A stretch of 64,000 nt of DNA. Origin: an uncultured Chloroflexia bacterium. GTDB lineage: Bacteria; Chloroflexota; Limnocylindria; Limnocylindrales; CSP1-4. A program made the position numbers and the translations under genes. The notes under the pieces were generated by a model. It was not told the origin of the DNA and did not search any database. It saw only the letters and a program-made list of their open reading frames with translations. Each line of letters starts with the position of its first letter. The first letter of the stretch is position 1. Positions 33,096 to 41,946 of the stretch are shown here, piece after piece. The DNA lies in the NCBI GenBank assembly GCA_963764785.1, contig CAVXTU010000001.1, positions 478,015 through 542,014 of the forward strand, written 5' to 3'.

Positions 33096-33674
33096 TCAGG
33101 AGTCGCCGACGGCATCCTGCAGCTGCACCGCTCCCACCATGCCCTTCTGGATATGGCCCGGGATATGGCACAGCAGGGCCAGCGCCTCCCCTCGTGGCAC
33201 GACATAGTCGACGACCGCAGAATCGCCCGAGCCAAGCTGGACGCGCAGCCCTCCGGTTCCCGGCGGGACGCTGGCCGGAGGTGCCGTAGCCAACAGGTTC
33301 GGAGGGGTCGCCTCAGCGTCCGCCTTGGACCAGGCACGCTGGACCGGATCATCACCAAGGACCAGATCGTGCGTGTCCAGCCCCGCATTGAAGACCCTGA
33401 TCCGAACCGTCTCACCCGGCACCAGCACGATGGGCGTGGGATCGAACCGGTAGTCGCGCATGATCACTACCAGCTCACGTGGCGCGTCCGGGGTCCCAGC
33501 GTGCGTGATGACGACATCGGGCGGTGGCTCCCCCGGACGCTGTGCGCCGATGAGCACCAGCACGGCCGCGATGATCCCGAACACGATGACGACGACCACG
33601 GGAGCGCGAGAGATCCGCTGGTTCTGCACGTGGGCAAGCGTACGTCGAACGCGCCAACCTGAACCTGGGAGCAA
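33096..33674 (-). CDS. membrane-anchored cupredoxin-domain protein (type 1 copper site)
   Basis: N-terminal TM helix (VVVVIVFGIIAAVLVLIG). Copper ligand pattern H (LDTHDLV) plus CHIPGHIQKGM near the C-terminus. Confidence 0.7.
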   Translation of the reverse strand: MLPGSGWRVRRTLAHVQNQRISRAPVVVVIVFGIIAAVLVLIGAQRPGEPPPDVVITHAGTPDAPRELVVIMRDYRFDPTPIVLVPGETVRIRVFNAGLDTHDLVLGDDPVQRAWSKADAEATPPNLLATAPPASVPPGTGGLRVQLGSGDSAVVDYVVPRGEALALLCHIPGHIQKGMVGAVQLQDAVGDS

Positions 33675-33758
33675 GCGGCGAAGGTCGCCGGCTCCCAGGC
33701 CGTCACGCCGACACGCGTCCGTGGCAGCCGAGTGGCGGCCGGTCAGTCCCGGGGTGTG

Positions 33759-33983
33759 CTACTGGAACCAGCGCAGCGGTGCCATGACGACCGGCTCAGA
33801 CGTCACGGGCAGGAGGCTGACGATGATGGCGACGCCGGTCGCCAGGATGAGTGCGAGTGCGACGGCGCTGAGCGCGAGTGCCGGCACTCCGTTCTTCAGG
33901 CGATCGATGTGGTAAGCGAGCCCCGTTGCGGTGACCATGTCGTTCCATCCCTGTGCTGCCTTGTGGGTTGATGGCAGCGACAC
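33759..33983 (-). CDS. hypothetical small membrane protein
   Basis: 74-aa ORF with one hydrophobic helix (ALALSAVALALILATGVAIIVSLL), upstream and co-directional with the cupredoxin gene. No recognisable motif. Confidence 0.3.
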   Translation of the reverse strand: MSLPSTHKAAQGWNDMVTATGLAYHIDRLKNGVPALALSAVALALILATGVAIIVSLLPVTSEPVVMAPLRWFQ

Positions 33984-34056
33984 TAGGAACGATCGCTTAT
34001 GGCGCGATCGACGCGATCTTCACGATGACTTACGCCTGTGTGGAAAACTCGCCGGG

Positions 34057-34089
34057 AATGAAGAAAGGCGCCCTCCGAAGAAGGCGCCT
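34057..34089 (-). terminator. Rho-independent-like terminator after the Zn-ribbon gene
   Basis: On the minus strand: aggcgcc-ttcttcggag-ggcgcct followed by ttcttcatt. Confidence 0.5.
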
Positions 34090-34128
34090 CACGGGTTCTT
34101 GAACGCGGCCCCAGGCCGTGTCGACGCT

Positions 34129-34494
34129 CTAGCGGCGAGCGCGGAAGCAGTCGTTGCAGTAGACGGGTCGGCTCCCGGTCGGCTGGAACGGAACCTGGGC
34201 TGTCTTGCCGCAATCAGCACAAACGGCATCATAGAGCTGGCGCGGAGGCCGGTCGTAGCTACTGCCACCACCGCCGTAGCCACCGCTGCTGTAGCCGCCG
34301 CCACCGCCGCCGCCGTAGCTGTCATCGCCATACCCGCTGCCTGTGTTCCGCTGGGCCTTGCGGGCCTGCCGGCAGGACTTGCAGCGCTTGGGCGAATCAG
34401 TGAATCCCTTCTCGGCGTAGAAGGCCTGTTCCGATGCGGTGAATGTGAATTCCTGACCGCAATCGGCACAGGTGATGGCCTTATCCTCGTACAC
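34129..34494 (-). CDS. double zinc-ribbon protein with Gly/Tyr/Ser-rich linker (CxxC-x17-CxxC type)
   Basis: ITCADCGQEFTFTASEQAFYAEKGF...PKRCKSCRQ, then GYGDDSYGGGGGGGYSSGGYGGGGSSY, then VCADCGKTAQVPFQPTGSRPVYCNDCF. GTG 34494 has GGAGG 11 nt upstream. An ATG at 34557 is also possible. Confidence 0.7.
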   Translation of the reverse strand: MYEDKAITCADCGQEFTFTASEQAFYAEKGFTDSPKRCKSCRQARKAQRNTGSGYGDDSYGGGGGGGYSSGGYGGGGSSYDRPPRQLYDAVCADCGKTAQVPFQPTGSRPVYCNDCFRARR

Positions 34495-34713
34495 GAACGA
34501 ACGAACCTCCGGGTTCCTAACTGTGACCAGGGACGTTCGAGCGGGATACGGGATCACGAGAGCGTTCCTGAGATTACCGCTACGGACTATAGCGACCGTT
34601 TCACGGGAGCGCTACCACTTTGTTGCGCTGCGGCCCCACCGGGATCAGCCTCGATCGGGACGCCTCGGAGCTGGGCTGCGCCGAAGATCAGGTGGCACGC
34701 GTATCCTCGGCAG

Positions 34714-35466
34714 GTGACTGACCGACCTATCCGTCCCCGCTCGCGATCGGAGGACGATCGCAAGCTGCTCATGCAGCGACCATTCGCTGACCCATCCTTT
34801 CTTGATTCGGACGCCTGGCGAGCGCTGCGCATCATGGGAGAGTTCATCGACGGCTTCGATGCACTGGCCAGACTGGGGCCGGCCGTGAGCATCTTCGGCA
34901 GCGCCCGGACCAAGCCCGACGATGCCGCGTATGAACAGGCACGAGCGCTGGGAAGGGGCTTGTCGGCCCAGGGTTTCACGGTCATCACCGGCGGTGGTCC
35001 AGGCATCATGGAAGCAGCCAACCGGGGTGCCAAGGAGGCCGACGGTGTGTCCGTCGGCCTGGCCATCGACCTGCCCCATGAGACGGGACTGAACCCCTAT
35101 GTGGACCTGCCGGCCTATTTTCGATACTTCTTCGTGCGCAAGACGATGTTCGTCAAGTACGCGCAGGCCTTCGTCATCTTCCCGGGCGGCTTCGGTACCT
35201 TCGACGAGCTCTTCGAGTCGCTGACGCTGGTCCAGACCGGCAAGATCGATCATTTCCCGATCATCCTGTATGGCAGCGAATACTGGTCCGGCCTGTTCGA
35301 CTGGCTGCGTTCCACCGTCGCACGGGAAGCCAACGTGTACGAGGATGATCTCGGCCTCATGCTGGTGAGCGACGACGTCGACGAGATCGTCGGCATCATC
35401 AGGGACTCCTACCGCGACCGCGACAAGGGCACGATGGCCGGCCAGCCAGATGCGGGCGTGACCTGA
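34714..35466 (+). CDS. LOG-family (TIGR00730) nucleotide-binding protein
   Basis: AVSIFGSAR...VITGGGPGIMEAANRGA...PGGFGTFDELFE motifs. GTG 34714 keeps the conserved DRKLL N-terminus. The track ORF from 33931 is an artefactual extension. Confidence 0.85.
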   Translation: MTDRPIRPRSRSEDDRKLLMQRPFADPSFLDSDAWRALRIMGEFIDGFDALARLGPAVSIFGSARTKPDDAAYEQARALGRGLSAQGFTVITGGGPGIMEAANRGAKEADGVSVGLAIDLPHETGLNPYVDLPAYFRYFFVRKTMFVKYAQAFVIFPGGFGTFDELFESLTLVQTGKIDHFPIILYGSEYWSGLFDWLRSTVAREANVYEDDLGLMLVSDDVDEIVGIIRDSYRDRDKGTMAGQPDAGVT

Positions 35467-35570
35467 TGCGCGTCGCGGTCGGTACTGACCCCGCCGGCTG
35501 GTCACGCGAGGACGTCGCCGTGGCATGGCTCGTCGGGCACGGACAAGCAGTGGCCGAGTTCGACGGCTAG
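35466..35570 (+). pseudogene. 34-codon remnant resembling the N-terminus of ribose-5-phosphate isomerase B
   Basis: MRVAVGTDPAGWSREDVAVAWLVGHGQAVAEFDG-stop parallels the RpiB/LacAB start (MR..G.DhAG......L...GH.v.d.G). Its ATG overlaps the LOG stop (TGATG). No continuation in any frame. Confidence 0.35.
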
Positions 35571-35620
35571 CGTTCGGCTCAGGTCACATGCCCGTCACTC
35601 CCAGTGGTCGAAGGTGCGCC

Positions 35621-36049
35621 CTAGCCGCGGATGAGCTTGCTCAGGGCCTTTGCAGCCAGCCAGGAGCTGAACGCGATCGCCACGATCAATCCGCCGTCGA
35701 GCCAGGGCCGTCGTAGCGGCACGAACTCAGCGCCGGCCTCGGTGATCTCGATGTAACCGATGGGTCGAGTCAGCGCGCCGCTGCCAGCGCCCGACCCGGT
35801 GCTGGTAGTGGTGTCCTCGTTGGTGCCGGAGCCGGCGCCGGCACCGATGATCATCTGCGCCACCGGCACGATGGTCCGTTCATCTCGCTCGATGGGATCA
35901 CCGAAGACCGCCCTGGCTCCCGCCTGCATGCCGACCTGGTCGGCGACCTTCTCGAGCAACCCGGCCATGCCCGAGCTGGCGGCCTTCCTGGCCGCGTCGA
36001 ATGCCTCGCCATCGAGTTCGGTGGGCGTGAGTCCTCGTGGCTCGGTCAT
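35621..36049 (-). CDS. YtfJ/GerW-family protein
   Basis: VFGDPIERDERTIVPVAQ...GAGAGSG...RPIGYIEITEAGAEFVP pattern. ATG 36049 (MTEPRGL) is preferred. Confidence 0.65.
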   Translation of the reverse strand: MTEPRGLTPTELDGEAFDAARKAASSGMAGLLEKVADQVGMQAGARAVFGDPIERDERTIVPVAQMIIGAGAGSGTNEDTTTSTGSGAGSGALTRPIGYIEITEAGAEFVPLRRPWLDGGLIVAIAFSSWLAAKALSKLIRG

Positions 36050-36111
36050 GGGTCGCTCCTCAGGTGCGATAGGCGGGCCTGCATCGTACGGCGAGCCACT
36101 ACGATGCGCAG

Positions 36112-36459
36112 GTGATCGGCCCACGGAATCGTCCGGCCCTCATCGGCTCGCTGCTCGGCGGCGTAGGTGCCTTCGTCGTGCTGTGGTGGTTGGGCCTCTC
36201 GCCCCTTCTGGCGTGGCTGGCGGGTTGGACGCTGCCGGCGTTCGCGATGTACGGCATCGACAAGCGGCAGGCCCAGACTGGAGGCTGGCGCGTCCCCGAG
36301 GTCGTGCTCCATGGCCTGGCCCTGATCGGCGGCGTCATCGGCGCATGGGCCGGACGTGGCGTGTTCCACCACAAGACGTCCAAACCGGTGTTCACCATCG
36401 TGCTTGTCGTGGCCACGGTCTTGTGGGCCGCGATCGCCGTCTGGGCAGTACTGGGCTAG
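36112..36459 (+). CDS. DUF1294 membrane protein
   Basis: AFAMYGIDKRQAQTGGWRVPEVVLHGLALIGGVIGAWAGRGVFHHKTSKPVF is the DUF1294 signature. Confidence 0.75.
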   Translation: MIGPRNRPALIGSLLGGVGAFVVLWWLGLSPLLAWLAGWTLPAFAMYGIDKRQAQTGGWRVPEVVLHGLALIGGVIGAWAGRGVFHHKTSKPVFTIVLVVATVLWAAIAVWAVLG

Positions 36460-36539
36460 GCAGATCAGCGCGACCGGCGACGCGGGCCGGCCGCGGCTCG
36501 TCGTCTGCGGGCTGTGCCGGACCGGCGCACAATCGGACC

Positions 36540-37460
36540 ATGCACATGCGATCAGCAGCCCTGGCGAGCCTTGCCCTGGCCGGGCTGTTGGCGCTCGTGG
36601 GGACCCTTCCGGTGATGGGGCAGGATCCGCTGGTCGTCACCGATGTCGACGGACAGGACATCGTCATCGAGGATGTTTCGAATGTAGCTACGCTCGGGGG
36701 CGTATTCACTGAGACTGCCTACGCCCTCGGCGCCGAGGATCAGATCGGCGCGGTCGATGCCTCGAGCTTCTATCCACCAGAGGCGCTCGCGGACAAACCC
36801 AACCTGGGCTACTACCGCTTCCTCTCGGCGGAACCGGTGCTGGCCCAGGCACCAAGCCTGATCATCGGAAACGAGGAGACCGGGCCGTCTGACGTGGTCT
36901 CACAGCTGCGAGATGCCGGTGTGCCCATCCTGCTGCTACCCGACAACAACGATGTCCAGGCCGCCCGCGACCTGATCACGACGCTGGGTACGATCTTCGA
37001 CCGCAACGATGCGGCGACCCAGCTTCTCGCCCAGCTTGACGCTGACGTCGCGGCAGCCAGGGAGCTGGTGGCGGGGGCGACCAGCAACCCCCGGGTACTG
37101 TTCGTCCTGCAACCGCCCGAGGCGCCCATGCTGGTGGCCGGCGCTGTGACCGCGGCCGGGTCGATGATCGAGCTGGCGGGCGGTCAGAACATCTATCCCG
37201 GTTTTGCCAGCTACATCCCCATGACGCCCGAGGGCATCGTCGAGACCGCACCGGATGTCATCCTGACCACGGACGACTCGGTCGAACGGCTGGGCGGCTG
37301 GGACGCCTTCCTCGAGCTCCCCGGTATCGCCCAGACCCCGGCTGCGCGGGATGGGCGCATCGTCGCCATGGATGATCTGTACCTGATGGGCTTCGGTCCA
37401 CGCACCGGACGGGCCATCGCTGATCTGGCCAGGTTACTGCACCCGGAGTTGGGGCAGTAG
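36540..37460 (+). CDS. hmuT: hemin/siderophore-type ABC substrate-binding protein
   Basis: Signal peptide MHMRSAALASLALAGLLALVGTLPVMG, then a class III (helical backbone) binding-protein pattern. The track ORF from 35760 is an extension. Confidence 0.7.
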   Translation: MHMRSAALASLALAGLLALVGTLPVMGQDPLVVTDVDGQDIVIEDVSNVATLGGVFTETAYALGAEDQIGAVDASSFYPPEALADKPNLGYYRFLSAEPVLAQAPSLIIGNEETGPSDVVSQLRDAGVPILLLPDNNDVQAARDLITTLGTIFDRNDAATQLLAQLDADVAAARELVAGATSNPRVLFVLQPPEAPMLVAGAVTAAGSMIELAGGQNIYPGFASYIPMTPEGIVETAPDVILTTDDSVERLGGWDAFLELPGIAQTPAARDGRIVAMDDLYLMGFGPRTGRAIADLARLLHPELGQ

Positions 37461-37483
37461 CCCGGCCACGTCTCTGGCTGATC

Positions 37484-38495
37484 GTGTTCTCGGTCGCCCT
37501 GGTCGCGGCCATCGTGATGGCCATGGGAATCGGAGCGGTGGCCATCTCGCCGGGGGAGGTCCTGGCCATCCTGCTCGGCACGCTGGGAGTGGATGTGGGC
37601 AGCCACAGTGAACAGCAGGAGGCCGTCCTGACCGCCATCCGCGTGCCCCGGGTCCTGGCCACTGCACTCGTCGGCGCTGCCTGGGCCTCGGCCGGCGTGG
37701 CCATGCAGGGGCTCTATCGAACGCCGCTCGCGGATCCGGCGCTGGTGGGCATCGGGGGCGGAGCGGCATTGGGCGGGGCGCTGGGCGTGGCGGCGTCGGT
37801 CTCGCTTGGGATCACGGCGGGCTACGAGGGCACCGCGGTGGTCACCGCGACGGCCTTCATCGGCGCTGCCGTTGCAGCCGTCGTCGTCTTTCGTGTGGCG
37901 TCGGCATCAGGGCGCGTGGTCGTCGCGTCGATGTTGCTGGCGGGCATCGCCCTGACCGCATTCTTCGCGGCACTCACGGCGCTCGTGGTTGCCGCCGGTC
38001 GCATGCCTGAACTCGAATTCCATCGCGTATTGGTCGCTGGGATCGTTCGCCGGCGTGGTCGGTCGGGAGGTCGTGGTCGCTGCCATCGTGATCATCCCGA
38101 CCATCGCCGTCCTGGCGCGACTGGGCCCGCGACTGGACGCACTGGCGCTGGGCGAGGCCGAAGCGCGCCACCTGGGGGTCGACGTGCGTCGCCTGACCAT
38201 CGTGGTCAGCGTCATCTTCGCGTTGCTTGCAGCGGTGGCCGTGGCCGTGGCCGGCGTCATCGCCTTCGTGGCGCTGATGGTGCCGAGCCTGGTCCGCCCG
38301 CTAGTGGGCCAGTCGCATCGAGTCGTGGCCGTCGCGTCCGGGCTCCTTGGCGCCACGCTGCTGGTCATCGCCGACGTGCTGGCACGCAGCTTGTTCTCCC
38401 CGGTCGAACTGTCGATCGGCGTGATCACCACACTGATCGGCGCACCGTTCTTCCTGTGGCTGCTACTACGTGACCGCGGGCTCCTGGCGCGATGA
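37484..38495 (+). CDS. hmuU: FecCD-family iron/heme ABC permease (apparent +1 frameshift near 38000-38025)
   Basis: ORF 37484.. (RVPRVLATALVGAAWASAGVAMQGLYRTPLADPALVG) continues in ORF 37989..38495 (SIAYWSLGSF...GEAEARHLGVDV...GVITTLIGAPFFLWLLL). Confidence 0.75.
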
Positions 38496-39316
38496 CCTAC
38501 TCAGCACAGCGCATCTCGGTTCGCATCGGCTCCGCGACGCTGCTCGAGGACGTGTCGGTCGAGGTGCGACCTGGTGAGCTCGTCGCCCTGACGGGTCCGA
38601 ACGGCGCCGGCAAGTCCACGCTGATCTCGGCACTCGCTGGCGATCGCCACGTCACAGGCGGCATGGTCAGGCTCGATGACCGACCGTTGGCCGAGCATTC
38701 CCCGGCTGAGCTGGCACTGCGCCGTGCTGTCATGAGCGCCGACGACAACGTTGCCTTCTCGTTCACCGCTGCCGAGATCGCGATGCTGGGCCGACTCCCC
38801 ATCCACGGCGGCGATCCGACCGACCTGGATGCCCGGATCATCGATGACCTGCTGGCGTCAGTCGACTGTTCGAACGTCGCGGCCCGCGTCTACTGGACCC
38901 TCTCCACCGGAGAGCGCCAGCGTGTCCGGCTGGCACGCGCCCTCGCCCAGGTCTGCTGTGTGGACGGAGTCCCCTCGGTCGACCGGTATCTCCTCCTCGA
39001 CGAGCCGACCTCCAGCCTGGACCTGGCGCACCAACACCTGGCCATGCAGCTGTTGCGCCGGCAGGCCGACGCTGGGATCGGCGTCCTCACCGTGCTGCAT
39101 GATCTCAATCTCGCCGCGGCCTATGCAGACCGCATCGTCCTGATGGCAGATGCGCATGTCGTGGCTGAGGGAGGCCCGGTCGAGGTCCTCCGCGCCGACC
39201 TGCTCGAAGCGGTCTTCGACATCCCCATGCTGGTCATCCCCGAGCCAGACTCGGCGCATCCGCTGGTCACGGCAGCTCGTCCGGTGCCCTCCCACGAAGA
39301 ATTCACGGAACAATAG
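38492..39316 (+). CDS. hmuV: heme/iron-complex ABC transporter ATP-binding protein
   Basis: GPNGAGKSTL, LSTGERQRVRLARAL, LLLDEPTSSLD, HDLNLAAAYADRIVLM. Confidence 0.8.
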   Translation: MTYSAQRISVRIGSATLLEDVSVEVRPGELVALTGPNGAGKSTLISALAGDRHVTGGMVRLDDRPLAEHSPAELALRRAVMSADDNVAFSFTAAEIAMLGRLPIHGGDPTDLDARIIDDLLASVDCSNVAARVYWTLSTGERQRVRLARALAQVCCVDGVPSVDRYLLLDEPTSSLDLAHQHLAMQLLRRQADAGIGVLTVLHDLNLAAAYADRIVLMADAHVVAEGGPVEVLRADLLEAVFDIPMLVIPEPDSAHPLVTAARPVPSHEEFTEQ

Positions 39317-39381
39317 GGCGGCCACCTGGGCCTCTTACATAGCAGAGGCGCCCAAGTGCGGCGCACGACATGTGAGGAAGC

Positions 39382-39933
39382 ATGGACCCGTCAACCGTGG
39401 CTAGGGCACAGGGCGGCGATGAGGTGGCGTTCGCGCTGATCACCCGTGAGGTGAGCGCGCGCTTCAACCAGATCGCCTTCCGGATCCTGCGCGATCGACA
39501 CTTGGCCGAGGACGCGGTGCAACAGGCACTCGTGGAGATCTGGCGCAAGCTGCCCACGCTCAGGGACCCCGAACGCTTCGATGGCTGGGGCTACCGCTTA
39601 CTCGTCCATGCCTGCTATCGCGAAAGCAAGCGCTACCGGGACGCGTTCCGGGAGCTGCCCGGCGAACAGGTCATCAACCATCCCGATGTGACGCACGAGG
39701 TAAACGACCGGGACCAGCTGGAGCGGGGGTTTCGCCGTCTCTCAGTCGATCACCGTGCCGTCGTCGTCATGCACTACTACCTCGACTTTACGATCGAGGA
39801 CACCGCGGAGGCCCTTGGCATCTCCGCCGGCACGGCCAAGTCCCGGTTGAACCGGGCCATGGCGCAGTTACGCCTGGCGCTGCACAACGATATCGAGGCG
39901 CGAGCAAAGACTCGAAAGGAACACGTGGCATGA
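39382..39933 (+). CDS. ECF-subfamily RNA polymerase sigma factor
   Basis: Region 2 (AEDAVQQALVEIWRKL...FDGWGYRLLVHAC) and region 4 (EDTAEALGISAGTAKSRLNRAMAQLR). RBS GAGGAAG. Confidence 0.88.
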   Translation: MDPSTVARAQGGDEVAFALITREVSARFNQIAFRILRDRHLAEDAVQQALVEIWRKLPTLRDPERFDGWGYRLLVHACYRESKRYRDAFRELPGEQVINHPDVTHEVNDRDQLERGFRRLSVDHRAVVVMHYYLDFTIEDTAEALGISAGTAKSRLNRAMAQLRLALHNDIEARAKTRKEHVA

Positions 39934-41336
39934 AGTCCGACAAGCTCGACCATGCCCCGCTCGTCGAGGCCTGGCTCAAGGAACCGATCTGGTTGCCCGA
40001 GGTCGACACCGCTCGGACCGCGCAGCTGGTCCATCTGACGCCGCAGCAGCACCGCTGGCGGCGACCGTTCACCACAAGGAGATCATTCACCATGTTCAAT
40101 GCCACCAAGATCCTGGGCGCTGGCATCGTCCTCGCGGCGTTCGGCGGTTTCCTGTTCTCTGCGGGCCTGCTGACACCGCAGGACAGCGACAACCCACCGG
40201 CTGCCGCGACGGCATCATCGTCACCCAGCGCCGCACCGGTCGAAGCTTCACCGGAGGCGTCGCCACAGAGCGAGACCCCACCGACTGCAGGGCCTGTGGC
40301 CGCTGACGCGCTGGTCATGTCCGCAAGCAGCCAGCAGGGCGCGGCTGGCTGGACCGAGATCGGACGGGTCAGCGCGAATCCGGCGAAGAACACGCACTAC
40401 GCCGAGATGCGCCATCTCCAAGCCATGGGAGACCGGCTGGTCGCCATCGGCGCCTACCACAGCCCGGACACGGGCAAGGGCGATCACGATGCCATCTTCA
40501 CCTCTGCCGACGGGATCACCTGGGTCCCCGCGGCTGTGCCCGGTGACGAACCGACCATCTCGGACCTGGCCACCACGAGCGACGGGCTCATCGCGGCTGG
40601 CTCCGACACGGTCGACGGTGCGCGGGTCTCCCGGATTTGGTCCTCGGCTGATGGCGTGGACTGGACCGAGGTGGACGCGCCCGCGGAACTCAAGCGCGTC
40701 GACCAGATCGTTTCCGCCGAGGCGCCGCTGGTGGTCCGCGGCGGCCAGCAGCTCTGGACCAACGGCGATGGGGCATGGACGTTCGTGACCAAGCTCGTGA
40801 ATATGTCTATCGCCAAGGGCCCGGGCGGGTACCTGGCGTGGCAGTTCGCCGACGTGGCCACGATGCTTCACTCGACCGATCTCGCCGGCTGGAACGAGGT
40901 GGGCCTCCCCCGGAAGGTAAGCAAGGGCGGCGCCAATCTCCTGGTCGACACGCAAGTCTTTGCCCTCGACGACCAGTGGATCCTGCTGCCACACGTGGTC
41001 ACCAACCCGGACGCCATGTACACCAGCGTGGACGGCATCGAGTGGACCGAGGCCCCGCGTCCGCCTGGCATCATCGCGGGCGCGGTGCAGTGGATGGCCG
41101 ACATCGATGGACAGGTCCAGGCGTTCGGCGCAGTCGATGGGGACGACACCGACGCGGCAGGGATCTGGACCTTTACCCCGGGCGAGCCCGTGGCGGATCC
41201 CGAGATCATGGGCGATGCGGCTGACCTCATCGCGCCGCCGATCGCGTTCGGTGACGGCTACGCGGCGACCGGGCTGAACATGGGGAGCGGAAGCGAACTC
41301 ACCTCGTGGGAGCGGCCATCTGACGCGACCGAATAG
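39930..41336 (+). CDS. single-pass membrane protein with extracytoplasmic BNR/Asp-box beta-propeller-like domain (putative ECF partner/anti-sigma-like)
   Basis: ATGA overlap with the sigma gene. TM helix ILGAGIVLAAFGGFLFSAGLL. Five S-x-D-x-G-x-x-W-like boxes (SADGITW, SADGVDW, NGDGAWT, STDLAGW, SVDGIEW). Confidence 0.65.
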   Translation: MKSDKLDHAPLVEAWLKEPIWLPEVDTARTAQLVHLTPQQHRWRRPFTTRRSFTMFNATKILGAGIVLAAFGGFLFSAGLLTPQDSDNPPAAATASSSPSAAPVEASPEASPQSETPPTAGPVAADALVMSASSQQGAAGWTEIGRVSANPAKNTHYAEMRHLQAMGDRLVAIGAYHSPDTGKGDHDAIFTSADGITWVPAAVPGDEPTISDLATTSDGLIAAGSDTVDGARVSRIWSSADGVDWTEVDAPAELKRVDQIVSAEAPLVVRGGQQLWTNGDGAWTFVTKLVNMSIAKGPGGYLAWQFADVATMLHSTDLAGWNEVGLPRKVSKGGANLLVDTQVFALDDQWILLPHVVTNPDAMYTSVDGIEWTEAPRPPGIIAGAVQWMADIDGQVQAFGAVDGDDTDAAGIWTFTPGEPVADPEIMGDAADLIAPPIAFGDGYAATGLNMGSGSELTSWERPSDATE

Positions 41337-41351
41337 GTCGCGTCCGCCCAA

Positions 41352-41390
41352 AGCCACCAAGGCCACCGCCGGCCTTGGTGGCTCTTTCTC
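41352..41390 (+). terminator. Rho-independent terminator
   Basis: agccaccaaggcc accgcc ggccttggtggct followed by ctttctcatt. Confidence 0.7.
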
Positions 41391-41448
41391 ATTCCTGCGG
41401 GTACGGCAGCCCAGACAACGACCTCTGGCGCGGCCGGCTCTCCTGTCG

Positions 41449-41673
41449 TTGGTTGATCGTGCGTTGGTGCCGACCATGGACTTTGACCATCGAGATCCGT
41501 CGTCCAAGAACTACACCGTCAGCAGGATGATCGGCCGAGCGGGAGACGCACGGATCATGGCGGAAGTGGCCAAGTGCGATATCGTGTGTGCGAACTGCCA
41601 TCGCGATCGAACATATCGACGTCGGGGGCTCAGGTTCCTCCGGGCGGGAGTAGCTCAGTTGGTAGAGCGCTAG
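41449..41673 (+). pseudogene. HNH-endonuclease-like fragment running into the tRNA gene
   Basis: MDFDHRDPSSKNYTVSRM...EVAKCDIVCANCHRDRT has the HNH core but no upstream CxxC half. The ORF only ends 30 nt inside tRNA-Gly. Confidence 0.4.
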
Positions 41674-41719
41674 CCTTCCAAGCTGGATGTCGCGGGTTCG
41701 AATCCCGTCTCCCGCTCCA
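41644..41719 (+). tRNA. tRNA-Gly (anticodon UCC), CCA encoded
   Basis: Acceptor GCGGGAG/CTCCCGC, D-arm GCTC-AGTTGGTA-GAGC, anticodon stem CTAGC/GCTGG with loop CTTCCAA, T-arm GCGGG-TTCGAAT-CCCGT, discriminator T plus CCA. Confidence 0.92.
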
Positions 41720-41946
41720 ATCCCTCGTGTCACGCGCGTGGCAAGACGCTGGCTGTGTCGGGGCGAGAGGGGTGGCCCCAGCTTGACCCACCTTACGGTC
41801 AGGCCCTGGAAGCAAGCTCGGGAACGTCGCCTGGTCGATGCCGGCTGCGGACGGGCTCGGTATCAGTGGGGCGAGGCCGCGTCCCGCGATGGGTCGCGGA
41901 CGGTGTTGATGGACGGCACCAAGGTCCGTGGCGCAAGATACCCGAA

